A stretch of DNA of 64,000 nucleotides. Source: Octopus vulgaris (taxonomy: Eukaryota). The notes beneath the pieces were generated by a model. That model was not told where the DNA came from. It saw only the letters and a program-made list of their open reading frames with translations, and searched no databases. The translations under genes were made by a program, and so were the position numbers. The stretch covers positions 33,542,001 through 33,606,000 of the forward strand of contig OX597817.1 of the NCBI GenBank assembly GCA_951406725.2, given 5' to 3'. Of this stretch, positions 51,167 to 64,000 are shown in pieces (position 1 is the stretch's first letter; the number at the start of each line of letters is the position of its first letter).

Positions 51167-53399
51167 CACTTACAAAGAAGGAGCAATATTTCGTAGAAGT
51201 ATCTAAATATTCTTGGTTTGCAGACCGATTTCTTGGAGGGCTCAGTAAAAGTGAATAGAAGCAGATTTTCAGTGATATTATATAAATACAATGATGTATG
51301 AGCACACCTAATAAGAGGCACTTGAAAATAAAATCAAGCCAAATGAATATATAATGTGTTCTATCCCTGGGAATTACGCTTCTGGCTGTTAAATGCTCGA
51401 AGAAGTTTACGTTCAAGTGATGACTTTTTCAGCGTCTTGCAAAGGGAATCGTTTGTGTTACACTTTACGTAAATTGTAAAGGAACACAGAATCGGTAAAG
51501 TATTTATTACTACCGTCATATCTATAATCAACTAGCACTCCGTCAGTTACGACGACCAGGGTTCCTGTTGATCCGACGAACGGAACAGCTTGTTCGTGAA
51601 ATTAACGCGCAAGTGGCTGAGCACTCCACAGACACACGTACCCTTAACCTAGTTCTTAAGGAGATTCAGCGCGACAGAGAATGTAAAAGGGCTCGCCCTT
51701 TGATTTACAGGTACTACTCATTTTTGCCAGCTGCGTGAACCGGAGCAACAGGAAAGTGTCTTTCTCGAGGACACAACGCGCCTCTGGAATTACCCTAAAC
51801 AAAATCCTTCAAATCCAAAACCTTCGTACGAATGCTAGAATCACAAATATCATTGCTAATAAAAGAATTTATCATTAACTTACGGAAAATGAGGTATTAT
51901 AGTATTCGTACGTCATATTTTCAACTATCTCCGTGTGTGAGATGCACTTATATGTTGTAAAATATATCGCTCTGAATCTTATGGAATTACACAAAAGTAT
52001 TCTCAATAAAATGTTTATGCATATAGTTATTACAATGATTTTTAGATTATTGATTTTAGCATTGATTTTGGAGATTCTATCAGTGTTGCAAAGTTGTTTT
52101 TATTTTCATAGAAAATTGAATGTATTTTATATTTTGTTGTTAGGGTTATTAGCAAGGCATAAGGTTTTGCGTGCTACAGTGATTATTTTGTAGCCTCGCT
52201 GATGAAGACATCAGGTGACCATAGACATCTAGAAACATCTGACAACCAGAAACAATGTGTGTTTGAGAAGTTTTGTATTACACATTTAGTACTGGTTGAT
52301 TTCCTGAAAATAAATGCTATATCCTTAGATGCAGGTATATGTATGTAGGTATGCATGTATGTATGCATGTATATATGTATGTATGTATATATATATATAT
52401 GTGTGTGTGTATGTATATATATATATGTGTGTGTGTGTGTGTATGTATATATATATATATATGTGTGTGTGTATATGTATGTGTGTGTGTGTGTATATAT
52501 ATATATGTGTGTGTGTGTATACATATGTGTTTATATATATATATATATATGTGTCCTTTAAACAATGAAAGTGAGAAATATTGATATGCGGATATATTGA
52601 CGAAATCATGTTGTATATGATTTAGCATAGTAAAAATGAAATATATTTCGTGTAAATTTTTGAATTTTGCAATAAAGATTTGGCAATAAATTTCATTTGA
52701 TTGCTTATCATTTGATCGCTTATCAATATCAGATGGCACAAAATGATAGGTTTGCTTCATTGGCAGAAAACAACTGATTTAATGATCAGCTTAAACCTAA
52801 TGGCCTGTTTAAAAATGAACGTGTTGTGATTATCCAATTAAAATGTCAAACTTTTGCAGGATTGATTTTTTTACAAACTTGATTTTTTTTTTTTTTTTTT
52901 ACAATAACTTAATTCAAATGGTTGAAAATGTGAAAAATATGCAATTTTGTGAGAAACAGAAAAGAGAGGAGTTGGAGAGACGCGAAAAAGTGAAAGTATC
53001 TAAACGTTGATTGAAAAATGAAAATAGAGGTCTATAATGAATGGAATTTTATGTGTATGAGGGTTAATCGTGTGAGAACGAAAGGCAAATTTAACTTCGG
53101 CAGTAGAACGTAAAGGGCCGTGTTTCTCACATAGTTCCAAAATCATATAATTTGAGAAGAGGCATAGCTGAATGAATTGATTCAATCACTTGATCGGTAC
53201 GTATTTTATCAACCTAAGTGCTGAAGAAAATTGTTTGTTATATAAACGAATTGCATTCATAATGATGAACAGGAAAAAAAAAAGATGCGTTTATTCATGA
53301 CACAATCTGCAAGCTCACCTAATACAACTGAACAGGGGAGGATATACTATATACACACATATGTATAAAATAGATTTGCCTTGATCGAGCAAGGAATTG

Positions 53400-55750
53400 T
53401 AGACCAAAAATAAAGGCACGACTAACTGCAATTATAGCCGAATATTGTTGGCAGTACTGGTGTAGGGAATCTTGTTTTAGCTTTCTCTTTTCTTTCGGTT
53501 GTTTCATCCAGTTTACCTTTAACATTTACTCCTTTATGACAATTGTTTGCAGTCATTTACTGTCTTCTTTGCGGTTACAATAAGGTTACCAGCCTCACTG
53601 GTATGTCGTTTGATGATATCCTCTTAGTGGAGATTCTTTCTTTGACGGCTTTCATATTTCAGCTCATTGGACAGTACAGCCTTAGTGACCATTTTATCTT
53701 CCATACAGATCGTGTGTTTCACCCACCAAAACTGTGATTTTGACATGAAAGATTTAACCGAAACTGCATACTGTGAGACCTGGTTGGAGATGAAACCTCG
53801 CCAAGAGCACAGCCTTAGTGATCATTTTATCTTCCATACAGATCGTGTGTTTCACCCACCGAAACTGTGATTCTAGCATGAAAGATTTAACCAAAACTGT
53901 GATTCTGACATGAAAGATTTAACCGAAACTGTGATTCTGACATGAAAGATTTAACCGAAACTGCATACAGTGAGACCATCTGGTTGGAGATGAAACCTCG
54001 CCAAGTAATGTTCATTATAGTTCGCAACTGACAACTCATCAGCGTTTTAATATGCCAACTATACGCTGTATATCAGTAGAATACCTAGATAGGATAGTAC
54101 TGCTGCTCGGTAAACTTTGCATTTTGTTGGTAATTTAATGCCACGCTGATTCTAGTCGATCTTTAAGCTTCCCGAAAACGTCGGTAGCCAGACTTGCGAT
54201 CATCCAGACTTGCCGTCGGAAATCGCACTGCTTAAATATGGAAACTTTTTCATCACACTTAGAGAGGTTGATTAGCAATCGTGATGGCTGGAGATTTGTG
54301 TCTTAGTACTCTGGGTTTAGATTGGTATTTTTTTTTTTACATTTATAGATGGGCCGAAACTTGACGCCGCTCATTAATAAAACGGTAATTTTCTGGCTAT
54401 ATACGAAGGGATGGGCCACTAAGGTCAAATCATCAGCGAAACTAATTTGGGGTTTACAAATGTCGTAGCATTTTCTGATGGATCTTTGTTTAGGTTTGTT
54501 TTTAAAAAAAATCATCATCCACTCTTTTATAGATATACGCCCCTCATCTGTGTGTTCTTTCGGCATCTTTCTAAGTACAGAAGTAAGAAATACTGCATAG
54601 TACTGAGGCGAGTACACAACCATTTTACTCCAGAGGCACCCGAAAAAGGTGTGGGTGATCTGTCTCTCCCAGGAGAGATCGTGGCAGATATAACATCGTG
54701 AAATATTTGACTATTTCAAAAAATCTGTTCTAGTATCCTTACATTTTGAGCAATGTCTTCCCACAATGCAGAAAGTAGAAGGTGGTGAGCTGGCAGAAAC
54801 GTTAGCACGCAGGGCGAAATGCTTAGCGGTATTTCGTCTGCCGTTACATTCTGAGTTCAAATTCCGCCGAGGTCGACTTTGCCTTTCATCCTTTCGGGGT
54901 CGATTAAATAAGTACCAGTTACGCACTGGGGTCGATGTAATCGACTTAATCCGTTTGTCTGTCTTTGTTTGTCCTCTCTGTGTTTAGCCCCTTGTGGGTA
55001 GTAAAGAAATAGGTATTTCGTCTGTCTTTGCGTTCTGAGTTCAAATTCCGCCGAGGTCGACTTTGCCTTTCATCCTTTCGGGGTCGATTAAATAAGTACC
55101 AGTTACGCACTGGGGTCGATATAATCGACTTAATCCGTTTGTCTGTCCTTGTTTGTCCTCTCTATGTTTAGCCCCTTGTGGGTAGTAAAGAAATAAGTAT
55201 TTCGTCTGCCGCTACGTTCTGAGTTCCAATTCCGCCGAGGTCGACTTTGCCTTTCATCCTTTCGACTTAATCTGTGTGTCTGTGTGTAGCTCCATGTGGC
55301 AGTAAAGGAATAAGAAAGTAGAATGCATTTCCTGAATTTTTCAAAAGTTAAAAATCATGTCGCTTGTGCCCTGAGATAAACGAAATCCATACAGCTCTTC
55401 AAGGAGAATTTGTTCGGAATATTTTGTAATCTCTTAAGTAATTTTGCTAGTATTTCTCTGCAATTGAGAGAAAGGAAATAAATTCCTTGGTAGTTTTTAC
55501 CCCCCTGCTTGTTGCCCCTCCACTTATAAATGTTGACTACCTGCGCATCCTTGAATTATTTAGGGAGGTTACCACATTGCCAGCATTATCTGAAGAGCTG
55601 GATGGTCTTTAAAACTTCTTTGTAGATGCTGTCAAGACCAGAAGCTTTCCTTGATTTTGTCATAGATTGTTATCACTAGATCCTCCATATTTAGTGGTAG
55701 AACCAAACTAGTATCTTCCGGAATTTGCGAATATGTTCCCATCAACGCTA
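53400..55750 (-). mobile_element. Old RTE (BovB-like) LINE, RT through C-terminus, interrupted by a SINE trimer and internal duplications
   Basis: Minus-strand remnants in the expected order: KASGLDSIYKEV..CW..G.LP..FKDA..VNIYK..NYQGI (55660-55490), YGFR..QGTSDMIF (about 55390), SFADDLTLVAH (about 54440) and SQFWWVKH..MEDK..KAVL..ELK (about 53740-53660). Confidence 0.8.
54781..55312 (+). mobile_element. SINE family B: one head plus three tandem bodies (period 184 bp), with a single 11-bp TSD
   Basis: The body restarts at 54828, 55012 and 55196. TSD AGAAAGTAGAA at 54770-54780 and 55313-55323. Confidence 0.92.
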
Positions 55751-58700
55751 CGCTGATACAACTCTCTCATTCACTATCGATATACCTATTACATAAACTG
55801 ACGGGAAGTCTTTAAACATGCCAGAAATCACAGCATATTTCTCACAGAAACATCCAACTCTCTTAAAACAAACAGAGAGGGCACATTCGACTATCCAGTC
55901 CTAGAGATTCATAAAAGTTAGTCATGGCTGGTTTTTCTTTTGATGATGTCTGCTTCATCGGGCCTGTAGGATTAGAATTAGATTTTATTTTTTTATTTTT
56001 CACCTCTTCCATTAAATTAAAACTTACCCCAATTTAAACATTTCATACTCTAATTTGGCGATTTTCTTAATTCAGTATTTCACTTCTATTTATCACCGAC
56101 AACTTGTATGTAATAGCGCTTCTAATTTTATCTACTACATTCTGTGCAAACTACGCAGTCTTAACATATATCGGTAAAATAGGATACCGATAAATAATAT
56201 ATATCTGATGATTGGTTTCACTAGCATCTTTCCGATGTCCAGAACAAAATTATAATTTACGATCTCATGAAACCCATAACCGAGTGAACACTTCCACTAG
56301 CCAGGTCATATTTCGGTCTGTGTTGTCGCTAAAGCGGAAATTTATTTTCTGATTTGGAATGCGTTCTTATCACACAGAACGAATGAACAACTTAGCTTTA
56401 ACTTCTCCATCTACTTGCCTGTTCTCTTATTTTTAGTTCCATGATTCTTCAATCTTTCTTTCTCGTTTGTTTTCACCGACTAATTCCATTGTTGCTTTTT
56501 GATTTATATTCTTTCTGTCACACTAGCTTGCTTTCTTTCGCTATTTCCTTCTTCCATTTGTTTTCTTTCCTTCTTTTTTCCATAACCCACCGTTTATTGC
56601 AACTATACGGTTCCTACATTCACTCTGCGATTTATATTCATTCTCTTTTTACCTTTTGCTTTGCTCTTTTTGTCCCCATCCGGTATAATTTTCCTCCTTT
56701 TCCCAGTTTGTCTTTTCTTTTCACTATCCTCACCCATGCTTCACTATTATTAAATTAAATTATTGTATCTACTCACTAGCTTTCCTCAAAATGCCAGATA
56801 TTTTTGTGCCAACCAGAAAGCATTTATGCAGTTGCTTGGCTGCTAGAAATAGCCAAAAACTTTCCTTCGGATTATACCCACACGCTTAAAAAAGAATGAA
56901 GAATATAAAATATATTCTTGGATTAATTAATCTTTTAAAATAAAGAGAAGACCATCTTTACAAACTCAGAACGATTGTCATACCTCTCACTAATACATTT
57001 CAATTTTATTTTCTATTCAGGTAAAAAAAACAGTACAAAAATTTGACTTAATAATGTATGAAAAGAAATATGTAATTTGAGCACAGTTATTGAAATTTGA
57101 ACATTACAAAATTTTATTGATCTTATAACTGCGTCCAAGTGGAATAAAAATAATATAGATTTGCTCAATCGTAGCTATGATTGAGAGACGCTCCAGTCAT
57201 TACCAGATTGTCTTATTTCATTCATAGTGTATCTAAGACATTGCCCAATGTGTCAGCTCATATTTTTAGATAGCTAAGTAATTTTAAAGAAAATTTTACT
57301 GCTATTTCTTGTAGGACTAATTTGAAGCTTCAGCAACAATAACGTAGAATATATTATGGCATCTCGGGCAATAACTAGAGGTTTTGTCTTAAAGATCCGA
57401 TTCACACCAACCTTCGTTGTCCGTATTGTCCAGAAATGTTAATGAATTAATCCTACTGTGGACATTCCTAATAACTGTTTTTAAACACTCCCTGCCAGTG
57501 GCAGATTTTATATACTAATTGCTTGGATAATGTGAAACAATATTTTTCAACTAGCAGTATTACATACTGGACCCTAGCTTTTTTGCACAAAATGATGTTA
57601 TTTCGATAGCTTGGATATTTGAAGTTAAGACCACCTGAATGCAAGATAAGGCAACAGAAACAACATTCCAGATTATTCCTTTTGCTACAAGTTGGAGTCC
57701 CTGAACGTGCTAATTCATTTACTTGACTAATCAGATTATCGTTAATTATAATACTTTATTTATTATATTAATTTCATTTTTCAAGTCTTATAAGAAACTT
57801 GAAACATAATTCGAAAAACGAAGCTAAATTACTTGCTCTTTTTATGAATGATATTAACCTCAAAGCCAAATTTTCTCATCTCTATGGTAGGTTTTAATTT
57901 TCATAACCAGACAATCTGTCTGTCCGGAAAATATAGCTACATAATTTTTGAATTATATAATGCATTATTTTGATAATAAAATAATGTAAATATGAGTTTA
58001 GTGAGTTTAAAGCTGCCAAAAATCTTTAGATTCTAGAGTTTCACTAAATAGTAACAGAACAAAGAAGTAGTCGTTGCTGAAATCATTATTGAAGCAAAAG
58101 CTCTTACAAACATTGATTTAATTAATAGCTTGGCAAGTTACAAGTTGCGGGCCAAAATCGAAAACAGAAGTTAGATTTATGACATTTCAGCGTTAACTTA
58201 TATGAGTTGTTTTCATAATTTACGATGTAACACAAAGCTTTTGAAACGAATATCATTTATGATTAGAGAAAAAAAATCCAGCTCAAGTTTTCAATTTCAG
58301 GAGGTGGGTAATATTTATAGTGAGTAGTTGTGAGACACTGATCAAAATCAAATATACAAGAAAATCTATTTTATAATACTTAAAAGTTTTGCTTTGTATC
58401 ATATGTCTATTAGTGTCTGGGAAATCCTACGTAAGACATTTCATCAAAGATTTATAGCAAATGAAGGTTGGCAGAGAAGTTCAGATTTCTTGCTTGCTTA
58501 CAGAATTTGCTCAAACAATTAAAATTGATCCCTTATTTAAGTACAAATAACAAATTGAAAGCAAAAATTACCGAATATTATTGGAAAGGCAAATATTTTT
58601 GAAAGAATGTAACAATTATATGGATAAGCTGAGAGAGATGTTTTCTTGTAGTGGTATTTACCCGCACGCTGATAATGTATGACAATTCATTTTTACAAAA

Positions 58701-59807
58701 TCATTTCTATAAAAAAAATGGTATCATAAATCCCTTTTGGCGAGTTGCTATTGAGAATAATTATACGTTTATTTTGATTGTGAATCGATTAGGATTTCCC
58801 TGTTAACATATATAAAAGGATATTCTGAGACACCAAGTGCCAGCTCAAATTAGAAAGCAAGACACGATTGAATATTTCATTTTCTTTCTGTTAATTTTCT
58901 CATCTAATGGCTATCAAACCCCTTTGGTTGTAGTGGGCATTGATAAGGCACTAATTTTTAGTTCATTTCTCATTTATCACTTGAAGAGCTCTTATTGAAA
59001 TGGGTTCTCGTTTGTAATGTGAGCTCTGGTTCACCACCTGTCTCTTAGGTACCTTTCGCGGACTTTACTAAATTTCAACCATTGGGGTCAGGTTTCCAGT
59101 TTACTGATAACTTCTTCCCTCCCTTTCGATAATCACAGAGTCCCGAAAAAGGTCGTCAGCGTTGCCCTTCCTCTACTAACTAAATTATTATGGAAGAACG
59201 GGTTGTAGAATTTTTTTAAATTGCTAAAATAACTCTAAAATATGAAAACTCAAAGCAAATGTCTATAGTTAATTTATTGAAACTAAACTAAAAAATATTG
59301 TAAAATAATTTTGTTTTCACCTTTAAAGAAAACGAGCATCGCTTGACATCTGCCTTTTCACTTTATTTCAAATGATGTCTCTAATTAGCGAAATATTTTA
59401 ATGTTAGTTGGGTTTCTCCTGATGGAAAATTATTAAAAGAAATTTAAAAAAAGATGGAAGGCAAGTCCTCCAAACATTACAATTGAAAATGCTTTGCATT
59501 TTATTATCTTTATTATTTAGTGTCTTATTTAATTTAATATTTTTACTGCATTAAAGTTTTTGGGAATAACCGAAAGGCATAAATGATTAATACGGATTCT
59601 GCTCGTATTAATCTAACCATCATTTTTCATAGTTTAAAGATCTCTTAATTATGAAAACTGTTATTTACAAATCAAACGCCTTTTCAAAATTAAATAAATA
59701 TTTGCCAACAAAATTATTTAAATTGAAGATATGCTTTGATTTAAAGCTAACTATATATTTAGTTCTGCGCTTTTGATTTATGTTTAAAGATTAAGTTTCG
59801 TTTTAAA

Positions 59808-59887
<80 letters not shown>

Positions 59888-61273
59888 ATATATGTATTGT
59901 GTACGATTGTCATATTCTCAAAGATAAATAGAGTCAAAACAATAAATTATATGGAGCCGAAGTAAAATTAAATACAGAATTTTATCATGAAAAAAAGACG
60001 TCGAAGTGTAAAAAAATAAATAAAACAAGACGACGTACTTAACGCCGTGTCTGATTAACCCCAGGTCAGCCCTGATCGAGAAACATTATAAAAGCAATTA
60101 TGCAATTCTAGAACGATATGTTTTTCCCAAATTACTCGATTTAGGACTATGTTATCAAAGCAGGTCCCTTTGTATGTTACCGTAGGTTCTTACTATCACA
60201 GGTAGTAAGTACGAAAACAATATTGTATTTCTTACCAAGATACATACACAAATTCATTGTATCAACAATTGAACCATAAATACCAGTGAAAAAATTTGAG
60301 TAAATATTTTCTTTTGGTAAAAATTGTTTACAAAAAGTATCAGAGTTAACTTTAAATTAACCACTAAAACAAAAACAATGGTATAGCGATTAAACTAAAC
60401 ATGAAGTAAAAACTGAACATTATATTTGCTCCTTCCATAATTTTGCATGCAATAAGTGCCTACAGTGTAATGCATTTACATTTACCACAGATATGAAATA
60501 TCCTACAGAGTCGAATGTCCAGAGAGCTCAGATAGCTACTTATGAAAGAACTTACAAGGAAATATTCGATAAAAAAAAGCTAAACGGACAAGGACTTGTT
60601 AATTTAAAGTTATGAAAATTTTCTATGCAACCCACGCATTCATTTCTCACGGTAGAATGTTACTCAAGGACAATGTCATACAGAGAACATCAAGAAAATA
60701 TTAATAAAACATGTCTCGGGAATAGAACTATTTTGCAATAAGAAAACTAGAAAACAGTAAATAAGAATGCCAACAACTTAATGAACGCTACTATAAAATA
60801 TACTTAATTCCCACAAAAACAAACGAATTTTAAAAACACATATCCAGCCATTTGTCTACAAAACAACGATACACAGAGAAAACGAGATTCTATGCGATCG
60901 GTTAACCCGCAAAATATTAGTGGCCAAATCTTTCAAATTTTATCTAACTATATTAAAAAGAAAGAAAACGCGTAATGATAGATGTATTGAGCTTGAAAAT
61001 CATGGATTAGATATGGCTGAAGTATCTTTCGTCTAGGCTAAACTAAGGTTCGAACAATACAAATTATAAATAGCTAATAAAATAATGAGACATAAAATTG
61101 AAAATGTGGAATGTATTAGTATAGAACAAATACTGTATATAACCAAAATAGCAATAACAAATGATAACCGAGAAAAGAATACAAATAAAGCAAATCCATA
61201 AATAATCCACACATCTCAGATGAACAAGATACTACCATTGTAAATGTTATGTAACATATAGCAAGTTGTACAA

Positions 61274-61666
61274 ACAAGAACAGAACATGAGAATATTAGA
61301 TTAATAAGGAATAGCTAGTCACTGCGGAAAATAAAAATACAAGAACAGAACATGAGAATATTAGATTAATAAGGAATAGCTAGTCACTGCGGAAAATAAA
61401 AATACAAGAACAGAACATGAGAATATTAGATTAATAAGGAATAGCTAGTCACTGCGGAAAATAAAAAAATACAAGAACAGAACATGAGAATATTAGATTA
61501 ATAAGGAATAGCTAGTCACTGCGGAAAATAAAAAATACAAGAACAGAACATGAGAATATTAGATAAATAAGGAATAGCTAGTCACTGCGGAAAATAAAAA
61601 TACAAGAACAGAACATGAGAATATTAGATTAATAAGGAATAGCTAGTCACTGCGGAAAAAAAATAC
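61274..61666 (+). repeat. Minisatellite, six copies of a 65-67-bp unit
   Basis: ACAAGAACAGAACATGAGAATATTAGATTAATAAGGAATAGCTAGTCACTGCGGAAAATAAAAAT starts at 61274, 61339, 61404, 61471, 61537 and 61602. Confidence 0.95.
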
Positions 61667-62417
61667 AGAAACTGATTAACTCAAACAGAAAGAGTTTATC
61701 AATAGTAACAAAAAAAAAATGCGAATCCATCACAGACAAATAAATAACCGGGGGGAAAAAGATATGCACGAAACGTTAAATTACTAAAAATGCAGAAATA
61801 TCAGAGAATCGAAGGAGACATACAAAACTACTAATTACCAGCAGAACTCAATGAATCAGATTATTTGAAAGAAGGAAAACGTAAACAATTTACATGGCGT
61901 AAATTGTTTAGTGAAAATAGTACGTAAGCAGTGAAATGATCAGCGATGATCAAATATATTTTCTCTGGTGCTGTCGAATAAGCAAGAGAAAGGAATAGAA
62001 ATACAATCTATAAACAAATTCGTACACAACCATTTGGAACTTCAAATAACTAGATGCAATTTTTACGTACGTAATAACCGAAACTGAATAAACGGATTTT
62101 TTTCCCTGTGAGTAGACATATACTGACTTCTACACATCTTTTATTGAATGTGTAAAGGATAGTTCTTATTCACTTGAAAATGAGCAACAACAAAAATGCT
62201 CCTAAGTTTAGCATTTGTGCTATCACAAAGTTCAAGACAATTTCTGCAACAAACAATTATCAAACAAACTCATTTAACACTCCCAATAAACATACATACA
62301 TACATATATACATACATAACATACATACATACATACATACATACATACATAACATACATACATACTGTCTAAATATCAATCTTCAGAAATTAGGCTTCTC
62401 AAAACTAGAAAGGAGAA

Positions 62418-62709
62418 AGCTAATTCGGAGACTACAGATCCAATCCATCACTGGAACTGCAAAAATCTCTAAAACTGTCCAGAAGTTTATCATTTAAACG
62501 TATATGAGCATGTCTAGATATGTAACTATATGCATGAGAATACATACATACATACATACATACATACATACATACGTACGTACGTACGTACACGTACATA
62601 CGTATGTATGTATTCTCATGCATATAGTTACATATCTAGACATGCTGGAAAGTTTTAGAGATTTTTGCAGTTCCAGTGATGGATTGGATCTGTAGTCTCC
62701 GAATTAGCT
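62418..62709. repeat. Near-perfect fold-back palindrome centred on a (TACA)/(TACG) microsatellite
   Basis: AGCTAATTCGGAGACTACAGATCC...TAGATATGTAACTATATGCATGAGAATAC is mirrored on the right. The left arm has about 25 extra bp. Confidence 0.92.
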
Positions 62710-62940
62710 ATGTATGTATGTACGTACGTACGTACGTACGTACGTACGTACATACATACATACATACATACATACATACATACATACATACATACATACA
62801 TACATACATACATACATACATACATACATACATACATACATACATACATACATACATACATACATACATACATACATACATACATACATACATACATACA
62901 TACATACATACATACATACATACATACATACATACATACA

Positions 62941-63485
62941 TGGTGCATGTGCACTAAGTTCTAACTTCAGCTGTTTACAGCGGTGTTTCGAAGTAACGTG
63001 TGATCGTTGCATTGACCATGACAAGGAAAGTTGTCATGGCGATACCTGCTCAGAGGCCTACGCAAAGTTGCAGAAAGTGTATGGAGAGGAGTATATGAGC
63101 CACACACAAGTGTACGAGCGGTTCAGACGGTTCCAAGATGGACGAAAAATGTCGATAGTGACTGACGTTCTGGAAGACCTGCAGCCAGCAGAGCTGAGAA
63201 AACATCGCAGATGTGCGTGAGGCTGTAAGGGAAAATCGTCGAATCACCATCCGCGATTTATCAGATGTGTAAACTAGTTACGGTTCAGTTCAGTCCATTA
63301 CCAATAAAGATTTGGGTACGAGATGCGTGTCTGCTAAGTTTGTGCCAAAACTACTTTCAACTTACCAAAAAGATACTCGGGTTTCAGTTGCACAAAATCT
63401 CCTTGATCGTGTCAAAAACGATGAAACCTTTTCAAAAATGTGTGTAGGCCTCTGAGCTGTCCGGATACTTATTGATCATACCATG
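62941..63485 (+). mobile_element. Internally deleted mariner element (N-terminal HTH and right TIR)
   Basis: GDTCSEAYAKLQKVYGEEYMSHTQVYERFRRFQDGR is a Mos1-type HTH. It is followed by ENRRITIRDL and MR.VSAKFVPK.L remnants and a TIR-like TCCGGATACTTATTGATCATACCATG|TA at 63460-63487. Confidence 0.82.
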
Positions 63486-64000
63486 TACATACATGTGTGT
63501 GCGTGCGTGCGTGCGTGCGTGTTTGCGTGTGCGTGTGCTCGTTTGCGTGTGCGTGTGCTCATTTGCGAGTGCTTGTTTGCGTGTGTGTGTGTTTAATCAC
63601 AATAATGTTTACACAAACACTAATGAGCAGCAATTATGTGCTTTTCTCAGCTTCTAAAACACAGGAACTTGTCTACAATAATTCTCTTGACTAAGATCTA
63701 AAATTTAAGACCAAAATGTCATATAGATCACTACACAGTTGCAATTACATCATACATCTTAATACAACGAAACAATGGAAAATTCAATACGGAAATTGGA
63801 CAAACCAACTCAAACCTAAAATCTGTTCATATTACTTTGAAGAACAAGGTAGTGATTTTTTAAAACCTCTCTTGAATCTATTTATAGACTGCTTCAGTGA
63901 AGTTTGCTGGCATTAAGTGTCACAAAAGGTAAAGTTACCTTCTCGGGTTATGCCGACTCACAAGGGCCGGTTTCCCAATTTCATGGTGCATATGTAAACC

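Noticed and set aside
60480-60780. Possible GIY-YIG remnant (SYRVECPESSDSYL*)
   Set aside because: It is too short and degenerate to call without a profile search.
61274-61666. CRISPR-like array
   Set aside because: The units are contiguous with no unique spacers, there are no cas genes, and the context is eukaryotic.

Overview
AT-rich eukaryotic DNA dominated by microsatellites, SINEs, LINE fragments and MITEs. The repeat landscape resembles coleoid cephalopod (Octopus-like) genomes, which is an inference not confirmed by any search. No host protein-coding gene can be confidently assembled. The main feature is an uninterrupted, intronless tyrosine-recombinase ORF of the Crypton/DUF3504 type (14117-15673, minus strand) that retains all six catalytic residues. 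Its ends are unusual. A hairpin at the left end is completed only when the two element ends (about 13675 and about 16029) are joined into a circle, and the reconstructed empty site is a palindrome, TAGAAATA-N5/6-TATTTCTA. The whole unit lies inside a pair of 174-bp CACTG-type inverted repeats. Other points of interest are an inverted 360-bp satellite concatemer capped by a LINE 3' tail, a SINE family sharing its 3' tail with a Tx1-like LINE, minimal hammerhead-ribozyme motifs, several fold-back palindromes and an orphan 167-aa ORF. Degenerate hAT, mariner, RTE, CR1, Tx1, R4-like and Penelope-like fragments are also present.
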